A DNA stretch of 64,000 nt from Tepidisphaera sp. (GCA_050916045.1 CP051526.1:3040001-3104000); one strand, 5' to 3'. Shown: positions 1 through 9,860, counted from the first letter of the stretch. Notes: generated by a model from the sequence alone, not told the origin. Program-made: numbers and translations.

Positions 1-303
1 GTACCCGACGAGCACGGAGTTATCGCGAGAGATGAACTGCGCCCCGCAGCGGTAACCGGGGATGCAGCCGAGATCCTCGAGCCCGCGTGACGCGGACCAG
101 CGAAACATCGTTTCCTCGGCCCCTTTGTCGATCGCTCCAGCGGCGAGGGTTCCATCGGCGGAGACCGCGAATCCGTAGGTGGCGGCGCCCGCCGGACCAT
201 CGATTGATTCAATCCGGCCGCAGAGCTGAGCACGCGCGAGAGCGGGGCACATCGCAGCGACCGTGAGAACTGCCGCGATGCCGGGGACCGTCGTGGGATG
301 CAT
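1..303 (-). CDS. Secreted protein with HAF-like extracellular repeats (partial, runs off the window edge); probably another member of the dockerin-anchored cluster
   Basis: Manual translation from ATG at 303: MHPTTVPGIAAVLTVAAMCPALARAQLCGRIESIDGP...YGFAVSADGTLAAG...MFRWSASRGLEDLG...ISRDNSVLVGY. It has a signal peptide (ARA-Q), 'AVSADG' and 'FRWS..GL.DLG' repeat motifs, and AGAGAGG upstream. It is missing from the ORF track because it has no stop in the window. Confidence 0.75.
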   Translation of the reverse strand, partial: MHPTTVPGIAAVLTVAAMCPALARAQLCGRIESIDGPAGAATYGFAVSADGTLAAGAIDKGAEETMFRWSASRGLEDLGCIPGYRCGAQFISRDNSVLVGY

Positions 304-336
304 GTCGATCCTCTCTTTGGCGCGTCTTGACGCCGA

Positions 337-1740
337 TCAGCAGCCGGTCTCGAAAGCCTGCACAAAGTCCGCGTAGTCGAAGAAGTCGACGAAGGCGTCG
401 CCGTTGAAGTCCGCCGTCCGGCCCGCGGGGCACGTCCCGACCTCAAAGCACGTCACGTAATCCGCGTAGTCGAAGAAATCCAGGAACGCATCGCCGTTGA
501 AGTCCGCCGGGCAGTCGGGCTCGGAGCAGCCGCGGTAGGCCGCGATGCCGTACGCCGCGACACCCTGAGAACCCGCGACCTGGAAGTTGCCGCCGACGTA
601 CAGCGTGTCGCCGGAAGCGTAAAGCCCGAAGACGCTTGGGAAATTGGGCGTCAGCGGCACCGACACGCCGCCATCCACTGCCGTCCAGACGTTGCCCTCC
701 AGCCGGTAGAAGTATTGCTGCTGGGCATCGGCGGTCATGCCCATGTAGAGCTTCGCGCCGCCGCCGTCGTCAAAGACCGCGAGGCTCGTCCCGCGGCCGC
801 CGAGATTCTGCCCGACGCGCGACCACGTCGTGCCGTTGAACGAAGCGACCGTCGACGCGATCCCGCCGGGACGGATGTCGTACCCGCCGGCGTAGAGGCG
901 GGCGCCGCTCCCGTTGTCAAAGACGCGGAGCGAAGAGACGTCCGACACCGCTCCGCCGTTGCCCAGGACGCCCGGGCGCTGCCAGACGGTGCCGTTCCAG
1001 CGGGCGATGTTCGGCGCGGAGACACCGTTGACGCTTGCGAATCGCCCGCCGATGTAAAGCTGGCCGTTGTAGATCGCGCTGCAGAATACCGTGGGCGAGA
1101 AGGTGCCGTCGATGCCGGTGTTGCTCGGGCCGCCGATGTTCGACCACGTCTCGCCGTCGAAGTACGCGATCCCGTTCGCGGCCGAATCGCCGATACGGCC
1201 GCCGCCGCCGACCAGAAGCACGCGCCGGCCGGGAGTGATCTCCCAGTTGAGGAGCGACCAGACGCTCCGGGCGGTGTCATTGGCGCTGTTTGCGATCGAA
1301 CGCCACGCCGTGCCGTTCCACGCGGCGATGCCGGTGGTGTTGGCGACGAGCTGGTTGTTCGCGTTGCGCACGCCGAAGTAGCCGCCGCCCATCACAAGGT
1401 GCTCGACGCCGTCGATCGTGTACGTGGCGAGGGCCGCCGCGTAGCCGTTGGTGTTCCCGGTGTCCACGCCGCGGCCGAGCCTGGACCACTGGCCGCTCGC
1501 GCGGTCGAACGCCGCGACGCACTTGGTCGCGAGCGGGCCGGCGGCGCTGAACGCTCCACCGATGATGAGCTTGCCCTGATACTCGGTCATGGGCTGCACG
1601 TACGCGCTGAAGGAATCGAAGATGCCGGACTCGCCGGGCTCACCCGAGGCGAACCCGGGCTCGCAGGGCTGGGCGAAGGCGGAGGAAGCGAGCAGACAGC
1701 CGAACGCGATTCCGGACCGGACGTGTGAATCGACGAGCAT
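337..1740 (-). CDS. Secreted beta-propeller repeat protein with C-terminal GC-type dockerin domain
   Basis: Signal peptide (AFA-QPC). Repeated 'GG.F...G.....IA.WNG..W' blades. C-terminus CPADFNGDAFLDFFDY...TADFNGDAFVDFFDY..FV.AFETGC. Start moved to ATG 1740, which has a GGAGG RBS. Confidence 0.85.
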   Translation of the reverse strand: MLVDSHVRSGIAFGCLLASSAFAQPCEPGFASGEPGESGIFDSFSAYVQPMTEYQGKLIIGGAFSAAGPLATKCVAAFDRASGQWSRLGRGVDTGNTNGYAAALATYTIDGVEHLVMGGGYFGVRNANNQLVANTTGIAAWNGTAWRSIANSANDTARSVWSLLNWEITPGRRVLLVGGGGRIGDSAANGIAYFDGETWSNIGGPSNTGIDGTFSPTVFCSAIYNGQLYIGGRFASVNGVSAPNIARWNGTVWQRPGVLGNGGAVSDVSSLRVFDNGSGARLYAGGYDIRPGGIASTVASFNGTTWSRVGQNLGGRGTSLAVFDDGGGAKLYMGMTADAQQQYFYRLEGNVWTAVDGGVSVPLTPNFPSVFGLYASGDTLYVGGNFQVAGSQGVAAYGIAAYRGCSEPDCPADFNGDAFLDFFDYADYVTCFEVGTCPAGRTADFNGDAFVDFFDYADFVQAFETGC

Positions 1741-1872
1741 GAAAGAACCTCCGTGCGCGAAGCTCACAAACGCCCCGCTGTCGCCTCCAGACTAATCGAA
1801 GGCCGGCGGCGTGTCAAGAAATCCCTCGGGAAACGCCACAGGCGGGGTATCCGGGGGCGTGTGCGCCCGTGG

Positions 1873-3969
1873 TCAGCAGCCGACTTCGAATTCCTCGGTG
1901 AACGCAAGGAAATCGAAGAGATCGGTGAATCCGTCCGCGTTGAAATCCGCCGTTGTACCCGGCTCGCACTGCTGCCCTTCAAAGCACGTCACGAATGCGG
2001 TAAAATCAAAGAAGTCGACGAAACCGTCACAGGTAACGTCCAACGGGCAGACGTCCAGGGTCGCGGGCTCGGTGACGATCGGACCGCAATCGCCCAGGAA
2101 AGCCACGACACAGTCGTACGAACCGCGATCGTCGCCGTCGACGCCGGTAAGCGTCAGCACCTCGCGATCGGCGGAGGGGATGACCGATGGATCGAGCGCC
2201 ACCCCGTCCTTCCGCCACTGAAACTCAAACGGCCCGGTGCCCGAAACTTGAACGCGGAACTCCGCAGTTCTTCGACCGCAGGAAAGCACGGGCACCGGAT
2301 GACTCAGGATGTCCGGGAGACCTTGCGTGTATCTCGCGATCGCGGGCGATGTCGTTCCGCCCACCGTCTGGAACGACCCGGCCGCGAGAACGTCGCCCCG
2401 CGGATCAATCGCTAGATCGAGAACGTAGTTGCTCATTCCCTCGCCCAGCGCGGACCACTCGCCGCCGCTCCAACGCGCGATTCGCATCGCGCTGCGACCC
2501 CCGGCTTGAAGGAAGCCTCCGCCCACGATGAGCTCGCCGGCGGGGGTCACGCACAAACATCGACCCTCTTCGCTGAGGCCCTGACCGAGCGGAACCCACG
2601 TTCCCTCCAGCGTCCTCATCGCGATGTTGTTCGCGAGGGTCCCGCCGATCTCCCAGAAGTTGCCCGTGGCGACCAGTTCACCCCCGGGCAGCTCGGCCAG
2701 CTCTTCCACCCCTCCCTGTATGCCGTAGGGGATCGGGTTCCACCGAGTGCCATCCCACCTTGAAAGCGTGAGATGGGCGCTGGCGTAGAGCGTGCCGTCA
2801 CGAAGCACCTTCAGACTCCGGGCGCCGGTCCACATGTTTCCCATCGGGAACCACTCGGAACCGTTCCATCGCGCGACCTGCTGAACGGGAACGCCCCCGG
2901 CGGTCGTGAAACCGCCGCTCGCGACGATGTCGCCGCTAGGAAGCTCAACGACTGCGCTGACCCCCCCGCTCATGCCGCTTCCCAGAGGCAACCACCGCCG
3001 CTCGGCGACGCTCCATCTCGCGATGCGAGCCAAAGGCGTGTCGCCCGACATCGTGAAGCTCCCACCCGCGAGGACGTCGCCATTGGACAACGGGGCGACA
3101 TCTTGCACATACCCGTTGAATCCGTCTCCCATCGGCAGCCACGCCTGCTCGGCACGACTCCACCTCGCGATGTTCGACGCTGGAACGCCGGCGACGGTCG
3201 GGATGGCCCCGCCCACCACGACGTCATCGTCGGCGGTGACGCAGATCGTGAAGATGCTCGCGCCCGGCTCGAAAGCAGGAACTTCGAACGCACGCGGCAC
3301 CCATCGCTCGCCGCGGAGCGTCTGCGTGACCACATCGGACAACACTTGGTTGCAACGCCCGCTTACGCGGCACCGAAACAGCTCATCGTTCACATCGGAA
3401 CTGGAGGGTTGGCCGGCGACGACAAGCGTCGGCGTGCTCCCGCCGGAGTAGGGATACGTCTGCGGGACATTCTCGAAACCGCCATTGGACGGTGCGCCCG
3501 TGAACCTCTGCCACTGGAAGGTGAGCGGACCGGCACCCGCGGCTTCCACCGCGTAGCGCATCTCATCGCCGACACACCCGATCGTGCTCGACGGCTGACG
3601 GAGAATCACGACTCGTTCATCGATCGCGATCGTCGCGGCTTGGGTCGTGACACTGCCGCAGTCGTTCGTCACAACACAGTCATAACTGCCCGCGTCCTCG
3701 ACCGTCGCATACCGAATGATCAGCGACGACGAGCTCGCGCCCGCGAGCGGCAAGCCGTCCTTGCGCCACAAGTACGAAGTCGCTCCGGCCGCGACGACGT
3801 TCACGCCGACCAGCGAAGCCTCGCAGCGTGTCATCGACGCCGGCTGCCTGACGATCACCGGCGGGTCACACTGGGCGTACGTCGGACCGGCGATGAGGAA
3901 CGCTGCCGCCATCTCCGCAAGGTAACGACGCGCAGTGAAATTGCCCACGGGTGCCGCCTTTCGAGCCAT
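1873..3969 (-). CDS. Secreted Ig-like + beta-propeller + Ig-like protein with GC-type dockerin tail
   Basis: Ig I-set motifs (QP...YLWRKDG...DAGSYDCVVTN; FQWRKDG...GSYDCVV), 'IARW...W.PLG.G' propeller blades, and a dockerin ending EEFEVGC. Confidence 0.85.
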   Translation of the reverse strand: MARKAAPVGNFTARRYLAEMAAAFLIAGPTYAQCDPPVIVRQPASMTRCEASLVGVNVVAAGATSYLWRKDGLPLAGASSSSLIIRYATVEDAGSYDCVVTNDCGSVTTQAATIAIDERVVILRQPSSTIGCVGDEMRYAVEAAGAGPLTFQWQRFTGAPSNGGFENVPQTYPYSGGSTPTLVVAGQPSSSDVNDELFRCRVSGRCNQVLSDVVTQTLRGERWVPRAFEVPAFEPGASIFTICVTADDDVVVGGAIPTVAGVPASNIARWSRAEQAWLPMGDGFNGYVQDVAPLSNGDVLAGGSFTMSGDTPLARIARWSVAERRWLPLGSGMSGGVSAVVELPSGDIVASGGFTTAGGVPVQQVARWNGSEWFPMGNMWTGARSLKVLRDGTLYASAHLTLSRWDGTRWNPIPYGIQGGVEELAELPGGELVATGNFWEIGGTLANNIAMRTLEGTWVPLGQGLSEEGRCLCVTPAGELIVGGGFLQAGGRSAMRIARWSGGEWSALGEGMSNYVLDLAIDPRGDVLAAGSFQTVGGTTSPAIARYTQGLPDILSHPVPVLSCGRRTAEFRVQVSGTGPFEFQWRKDGVALDPSVIPSADREVLTLTGVDGDDRGSYDCVVAFLGDCGPIVTEPATLDVCPLDVTCDGFVDFFDFTAFVTCFEGQQCEPGTTADFNADGFTDLFDFLAFTEEFEVGC

Positions 3970-4111
3970 CTTGGCTTGGTCGGCAGTATACCTGTAAGTT
4001 CTGAAAGAGCGACCAGATTCACGCGGCCCCGCTCAGACATGCGGGCGGAGGAGCGCCAAACGGCCCCCATCCCGGCCCGCTCCCGCCCACCACCCACCCA
4101 CTTATGGCACG

Positions 4112-5152
4112 TCACTCCTGGACCAGCCGCATCGCGATCAGGTCCTGGACGTCGAGGATGCCGACGGGTTTGCCCTGAGCGTCGACCACGGGGATCTCGT
4201 CCTGACGGTGCTCGCGGACCATGTTCACCGCGTCGCGGACGAGCGAATCCTCGGCGAGCGTGCGGGGCGAGCGAGTCATGAGGTCCTTGGCCGGCCGATC
4301 GAGTTCGCCACGATCGCGGAGAATGATGCGGCGGAGGTCCCCGTCGGTCAGGATGCCGCTCAGCTTGCCGTCGCGGTCGACCAGGAGCAGTGCGCCCGGG
4401 CGACGGAGGACCGCGGCGGCTTGCCGCAGCGCCGCGTCGACCGAGAGGTGGTCGGGCACGATCGGGAGGTTCTTTCCCACCACAAATCTGAGCAGCTCAC
4501 GGACCGGGCGGAGCAGGCCGCCGAGAGAGCCGCCGGGGTGCCTGCGGGCAAAGTCCGCGCTCGTAAAGCCGCGCCGGCGGGCCGCCGTCATGGCGAGCGC
4601 ATCACCCAGCGCGAGCGTCGCCGTCGTCGAGGTCGTCGGAGCCCCGACGCCGAACTCGCCGCCGGCTTCCTCGACGTTGCCGAACCGCAGCGCGACGGTC
4701 GCGACGCGCTCAAGGCTTGACGGCTTGCCGTGCTCACTCGCGATGTCACTCCCGATATCGCCTTTGGTGATCGAGATGATGGGGATGCCGTCCTGCCGGA
4801 GGATGCCCGCGAGAGCAACGACCTCGTCGGTCTCGCCGGAGTTGGAGATGCAGATGACGGTGTCGGTCGGGCGGAAGCGGCCCAGGTCGCCGTGCACGGC
4901 TTCGGTCGGATGCACAGGGTGCGAGGGGATGCCCAGGCTTGAGAGCGTGGCGGAGATCTTGGCCCCCACGAGGCCGGATTTGCCCAGGCCGGAGACGAGC
5001 ACGGTGCCGCCGGAGTCAGCGCAGTGCACGATCAGGTCGACGGCTTTGAGGAATCCGCCGGGGAGCGTGCGACCGAGGGCGGACAGAGCGTCAGCCTGAG
5101 TGCGGAGCACGGCGCGGGCGAATTCGGCTTCGAGATGGGAATCGGCGGGCAT
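4112..5152 (-). CDS. kdsD: KpsF/GutQ family arabinose-5-phosphate isomerase (SIS + CBS pair)
   Basis: GLGKSG, HPTEAVHGDLG, SNSGETDE, APTTSTT, HPGGSLG, GILTDGDLRR (CBS). Start set at MPADSH (5152), 6 nt after TACCAT. Confidence 0.93.
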   Translation of the reverse strand: MPADSHLEAEFARAVLRTQADALSALGRTLPGGFLKAVDLIVHCADSGGTVLVSGLGKSGLVGAKISATLSSLGIPSHPVHPTEAVHGDLGRFRPTDTVICISNSGETDEVVALAGILRQDGIPIISITKGDIGSDIASEHGKPSSLERVATVALRFGNVEEAGGEFGVGAPTTSTTATLALGDALAMTAARRRGFTSADFARRHPGGSLGGLLRPVRELLRFVVGKNLPIVPDHLSVDAALRQAAAVLRRPGALLLVDRDGKLSGILTDGDLRRIILRDRGELDRPAKDLMTRSPRTLAEDSLVRDAVNMVREHRQDEIPVVDAQGKPVGILDVQDLIAMRLVQE

Positions 5153-5216
5153 CGCGTGATGGTAGCCGAGGAGGCTTGATCCCTTGGATTCCGGCCGGCG
5201 CGAACGAAGCGGGCCT

Positions 5217-6000
5217 TCAGCAGCCGCGTTCAAACCCCTCGACGAACGCGTCGTAATCGAAGAAATCGTCGCCGTTGAAGTCCGCCGTCCGGCCCGGCGG
5301 GCACTCCCCGGTCTCAAAGCAGCGGACAAAATCGTCGTAGTCGAAGAAGTCGATGAATCCGTCGCCGTTGAAATCGGCCGGGCAGGGCACGGGCTCGCCG
5401 AAGACGACGCGGTCGAGGTCGACCCGCTCTTCACCAAGCTCCGACCCGTACTCAAGACCGATCAAGACGCGGGTGAGCGAGCCGAGCACCGTCTGGATCT
5501 GGGCTCGCGTCGCGACCGCGCCCGAGCCCGATGTGCCAACCCGCCACGGCCCTTCATCCAGCAGGATCGTCCGCCGCGTCCATACGCCCACCGGCGGAAG
5601 CTCGGTCGCGCACGAGATCCGAAGCCCGCCTCCGAAAAGCACCACAAGCCTTCCGTCCGGGTACTCGTTCAGATTCGTCCGGATCGAGTACGAAAGCCGC
5701 GTCCCCAGAAACGCGCCCCGGTTCCCGTACCACGCCGAGGGAGCCGCGAAAAACGACCAGTTCGAGTCCGGCATCGACCTCGCGGAGATGCCCGCCGAGG
5801 TCCCCGCCCGAAGCGACGAAGTCCGGGGCGAAGGTCCCGACGACCGTGAAAGCCCCGGTGGGGTTCGTCCGCGTCTCGACCGTCCAGCCCTCGGCGGAAA
5901 GATCGAAGTCGGCGGTGAGCGGATCGTCGGCGCGGGCGGAGGCCGCTCCCACGAACGTCCCGAGCAGAGCTCCAACGACGAACAAACGGATTCGTGGCAT
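5217..6000 (-). pseudogene. Laminin-B-like domain + GC-type dockerin protein, frameshifted near 5772 (pseudogene or sequencing error)
   Basis: The signal peptide and N-half (MPRIRLFVVG...GGHLREVD) are in one frame. The C-half (PDSNWSFFAAP..W.G...LSYSIR...dockerin GC) is in another. Removing one G from GTC GAT G CCG GAC joins them. Confidence 0.75.
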
Positions 6001-6095
6001 CGAAAGCTCCTCAGGGTTGTGGCGGCAGCCCACCACCACTTCATTCACCGCCAGCAAGCGTACGAAGGGCCGAAAGCCCGCGTGGGCCGGGGCGC

Positions 6096-7643
6096 TCAGC
6101 ACCCGCTCTCGAAGGCCCCGACGAAGTCGTCGTAGTCGAAGAAGTCGACGAAGCCATCGCCGTTGGAGTCGGCCGTCTTTCCCGGCGGACAGGTGCCGGT
6201 CTCGAAGCAGTTCACGTAGTCGTCGTAGTCGAAGAAATCGATGAACCCGTCGCTATTGAAGTCAGCGGCGCAGCTCGCCTCGGTGCGATAGGCTCGAACG
6301 TCGGTGCCGGTGCTGGCGATGATGAGCGTGCCATCCGTGGCAAGGACGGGGCCGCCCTGATTGAGGTTGCCATCGATGGGAGTGGACCATCGCTCGGTGA
6401 GGTCGGGGTTGAAGGAATAGAGCTTGCCGCCACCCAGGCCGCCGGCGTTGCCGTTGGAGACGTAAAGCACGCCGCGGGAGTCAACAGCCATGTGGATCTG
6501 CATGTAGTCGGCCGTGATGGTGTCGGAGGTACTGAGGACCGCGCCCGTCGCGGGGTCGAGGCGCTGCAACTGGCCCTGAGCTTCGAAGTCCTGCGTGCCG
6601 GTCCAGGTCATGGAGTAGATCGAGCCGTCGGGCCCGACCCCCCAGCGAGAGAACTCGCCGCCGCCGCCGGAGGAGACCCGCCAGTTCTGCACGATCGCGC
6701 TGCCGGTGTCGGTGAAGGAGTACAGAAAGTCGGAGTTGACGTCGAAGTTCTGCGAGTAATTGAGGTAGAGGCGGCCGTCGGTGCCGATGAACGGGCCGTT
6801 GTGCAACAGGCCACCGGTCAAGAGCGGCCCGCGATAGAGAAACGCGCCGGTGTCGGCGTTGAACTTGCGGAAAGCGATCCGGTTGCCAGCCCCGTTGATG
6901 AGGTCGACGGTGTACACCGCGTTGCCCTCGATGACGACGCCGGTGGTGTTGCCGACCTGTTCAAGACGAGCCGTGCGCCAGACCAGGTTGCCGGTCTCCG
7001 CGTCGAATCGCTCGATCCAGCGCAGGGACCCGAAGATGATGTCGCCGTCCGGCGCGAACACGGCGGCGGTGTAGGGGCCGGCGTTGATCTCATAGCGGGG
7101 CGGGAGCGGGCTTGCGCCGCCGGCGGTGTGCCACAGGATCGCACCGGTCGCGGCGTCGAGGCAATAGAGCGGCGCAGCGACGCTCCCGCCGTTGCCCGAC
7201 CGGCTGGCGTACACGCGACCGTTCTTGACGCCGGCGATCCAGGTCGTCCAATCACCGGTCTCGAAAGGCAGGTCGGCGGTCCAGAGGGTCGCCCCGGTGT
7301 CGAGGTCGAGCGCGTGGATGGTGGAGTCATCGATCGGAACCGGGTCGCTCTGCGGGAAGTCGGTCTGCCGCACCATGAAGACCCGCCGCCCCTCGACGAC
7401 GGGATTCCACGCGATCCAACTGAAACCACCCCCCTGCCAGAGCAGGTCGGAGTCGCCGATGCCGTCGGGGCCGACGACATCGACCAGGCCGTTGCAGCGG
7501 CCGTTGCCGCCCAGATTGGACCAATCCTGAACTTGTGCGATGGCGACGGATGCTGATGCAAGCAAGGCGGTGGTACACATCAAGAGACGCGGCAGAAGAC
7601 GTGGCAGCAAGGAGTTGGTACGGTGCTTGGTTCGCTCGGACAT
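6096..7643 (-). CDS. PQQ-like/BamB-type beta-propeller protein with GC-type dockerin tail
   Basis: Blades 'ALDLDTGATLW', 'CLDAATGAILW', 'FDAETGNLVW'. Signal peptide AIA-QVQD. Dockerin ending AFESGC. ATG 7643 has a GGAGG RBS. Confidence 0.85.
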   Translation of the reverse strand: MSERTKHRTNSLLPRLLPRLLMCTTALLASASVAIAQVQDWSNLGGNGRCNGLVDVVGPDGIGDSDLLWQGGGFSWIAWNPVVEGRRVFMVRQTDFPQSDPVPIDDSTIHALDLDTGATLWTADLPFETGDWTTWIAGVKNGRVYASRSGNGGSVAAPLYCLDAATGAILWHTAGGASPLPPRYEINAGPYTAAVFAPDGDIIFGSLRWIERFDAETGNLVWRTARLEQVGNTTGVVIEGNAVYTVDLINGAGNRIAFRKFNADTGAFLYRGPLLTGGLLHNGPFIGTDGRLYLNYSQNFDVNSDFLYSFTDTGSAIVQNWRVSSGGGGEFSRWGVGPDGSIYSMTWTGTQDFEAQGQLQRLDPATGAVLSTSDTITADYMQIHMAVDSRGVLYVSNGNAGGLGGGKLYSFNPDLTERWSTPIDGNLNQGGPVLATDGTLIIASTGTDVRAYRTEASCAADFNSDGFIDFFDYDDYVNCFETGTCPPGKTADSNGDGFVDFFDYDDFVGAFESGC

Positions 7644-7816
7644 GAAGACCTCCTGTGGGGAAGCGGCGTGTGAACTGCGGACTTTGGATGGCTCTTGCAT
7701 CGCGCCATTCTACCAAACGGGCACCCGAGGCACAAGGGAAACTTGACGATCCAGCGTCGCAAAGGGTGCCCGCAAGGTTGGGGATGGGGGTGAATCCCGC
7801 CCGCCGATCAGAAGGC

Positions 7817-9316
7817 TCAGCACCCGGTCTCGAAGGCCAGCACGAAGTCGTCGTAGTCGAAGAAGTCGACAAAGCCGTCGCCGTTGAAATCAGCCGTGCC
7901 GCCGCCGCAGGCCTCGGTCTCGAAGCACTCGACGAAGGTGTCGTAGTCGAAGAAGTCGAGGAAGCCGTCGCAGTTGAAGTCGGCGGCGCAGATGGTGAGC
8001 GTGGCGGGCTGGCTCGGCACGCTCCCGCAGGCGTTGGTGACGATGCAGCGGTAGCGGACGGCGTGCCCGGCACAGAGGGAGCGTCCGCCCGCCGTGTCTG
8101 CGGCGATGACGAGCGACCGGGTGGTGCTGCCGAAGACAATGCCGCCCCCACCGCACCCGTCCCACGCCGTTCGACCGTTGGCGAGGTTGACGAACTCGCC
8201 GGGAGCGGCTTCTCGCTGCCACCGGTAGGTGAAAGGCCCGGTGCCCGTCGCCGTCACGCTGAAACTCACCGCGCCGGCGGAGCAGACTGATGTAGACAAA
8301 GGCTGATCGGCGAACCTTGGATCGGGACAATTCGAACGGGTCCACAGCAGAGCTTCATCCCGCCCGGTCGCGTGGTTCACGCCATAACCGGCAACGTAGG
8401 TGTACTGGGTATCGCTCCAGATGCTGAATGCGTAGCTGTTGCCCCATGCACCCGGCAACACGGCCGAAAGATCTTCCCAGGACGCGGCGGTGCCGGTCCA
8501 CAGGCTCGCGCGGTTTACTCCGCCAACTGTGGCATATCCGACTTGCTGCGTGCCGTGTATCCCATAGGCACCCGAAGCCGTCGCACCGAGAGGATTGAGG
8601 TTTACCCAGGAGGCAGCGGAACCGCTCCAAAGGCTTGCGAAGCCGGAGGCGGTACCCACCTGCTGCGTTGCGGTCGCGCAGTAAGCCCAAGAAGACGTCG
8701 AACCCGAGGGGCTGAGATCGACCCAAGATGCGGAAGAGCCGTTCCACAAGCTCGCGCGTTGCACGCCACCGACGATCGCAAAGCCCACTTGATGCGTGCC
8801 GAATATGCCATACGCGAACGAACTCGTTGCAGAGGTCGGATGAAGATCAACCCATGAGGCCGCCGTGCCGCTCCAAAGGCTGGCGCGTTGCACGCCACCG
8901 ACCTCGGCCCCGCCGACCTGCTGAACGCCGGATGTGCCAACGGCTTGGGATTGTGTCGATCCTGTCGGGTTGAGATCGACCCACGAGGCCGCCGTGCCGC
9001 TCCAAAGACTGGCGTGGGGCCAGCCTTCGACGGTGGCCCAGCCCACCTGCTGCGCACCGGATGCACCCCACGCATAGGACTGGGCACCGCCGGGGTGAAG
9101 ATCGACCCACGAGGCCGCTGTACCGCTCCACAGGCTCGCGTGGGCCTCTCTGCCAAAGAAGGCAGCCCCCACCTGCTGGGTCCCTGTTGTGCTGAATGAC
9201 TGCGAGTCTGTCGGACCGGCCGGGTGAAGGCTGGTGACGGTCCACTGGGCGTGGCAGGGCCCGGCATGGCAGAGAGAACCCAGAAGCACACCGACCAAAG
9301 CCATTGAGACGCGCAT
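7817..9316 (-). CDS. Secreted repeat protein (about 7 x QQVG...ASLWSGTAASWVDL.P) + Ig-like + GC-type dockerin
   Basis: Clear ~38-aa tandem repeats, an Ig motif (QP..VC...F.V...YRWQ...YRCIVTNACG) and a dockerin. ATG 9316 has a GGAGG RBS; the longer upstream extension in the ORF track runs through noncoding repeats. Confidence 0.85.
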   Translation of the reverse strand: MRVSMALVGVLLGSLCHAGPCHAQWTVTSLHPAGPTDSQSFSTTGTQQVGAAFFGREAHASLWSGTAASWVDLHPGGAQSYAWGASGAQQVGWATVEGWPHASLWSGTAASWVDLNPTGSTQSQAVGTSGVQQVGGAEVGGVQRASLWSGTAASWVDLHPTSATSSFAYGIFGTHQVGFAIVGGVQRASLWNGSSASWVDLSPSGSTSSWAYCATATQQVGTASGFASLWSGSAASWVNLNPLGATASGAYGIHGTQQVGYATVGGVNRASLWTGTAASWEDLSAVLPGAWGNSYAFSIWSDTQYTYVAGYGVNHATGRDEALLWTRSNCPDPRFADQPLSTSVCSAGAVSFSVTATGTGPFTYRWQREAAPGEFVNLANGRTAWDGCGGGGIVFGSTTRSLVIAADTAGGRSLCAGHAVRYRCIVTNACGSVPSQPATLTICAADFNCDGFLDFFDYDTFVECFETEACGGGTADFNGDGFVDFFDYDDFVLAFETGC

Positions 9317-9442
9317 GAGGGGACCTCCGAGAAGAAAGGAGCATACCCGGTCAGCGGCAAGCGTCCAAGGACCTTCTTGGAGTCCGGTCGGGGTAGGGCT
9401 CCGGCGGGGGGGGCGGCGGGGGGCGGGGGGAAGTGCACCATG

Positions 9443-9631
9443 GTTGTGATGATGTAGGAAATGGTCGAGACGAAATGCAACATCGTCGGGACGGGGTGGG
9501 AGTTGGCCCGGACGAAAAGCAAAGTCGTCGGGACGAAATGTGATTTGGTCTGGACGGAGTGGGAGTTCGTCCCCGGGATGTTCCATGTGGCCGGCAGGAT
9601 TTGACAAATCCTCGGGAGGATTTGTCGCGCC
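9443..9631. repeat. Degenerate 21-bp-period tandem repeat (about 9 units, core GTCGGGACG)
   Basis: Units start at 9464 gtcgagacg, 9485 gtcgggacg, 9506 gcccggacg, 9527 gtcgggacg, 9548 gtctggacg, 9569 gtccccggg, 9590 gccggcagg and 9611 ctcgggagg, with a degenerate unit at 9443. Confidence 0.75.
9596..9626. promoter_or_regulatory. Operator-like overlapping inverted repeats AGGATTTG-A-CAAATCCT-CGGG-AGGATTTG, containing TTGACA
   Basis: Perfect 8-bp palindrome arms at 9596-9612 and perfect 11-bp arms at 9603-9613/9616-9626. Confidence 0.5.
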
Positions 9632-9860
9632 GCGGCGGTTATGCGACGTTTGAACGGGCCTTTGGAGGGGGGACGGCCGTTCTCGGACTCGTTTGAACTC
9701 TCAAAGACCCGGTTCGGACCCCCGCACCCCCAATCCAAGACCCCCCTTGGAATTCACGTCCTGGGGGGGATGGGGGCGATGGCTTGGGTCGCTTTGCCTC
9801 ACGCGGTGTTCGCGTGTGGCGGGGTGTTCGTGCCCCGCGCGGGCACAGAAAGGTGGCGGC

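Noticed and set aside
9317..9607. Heptad-repeat N-terminal extension (FRPDDFA...) of ORF 7817-9607
   Set aside because: It would precede a clear RBS and signal peptide at 9316, and is explained by the 21-bp DNA repeat.
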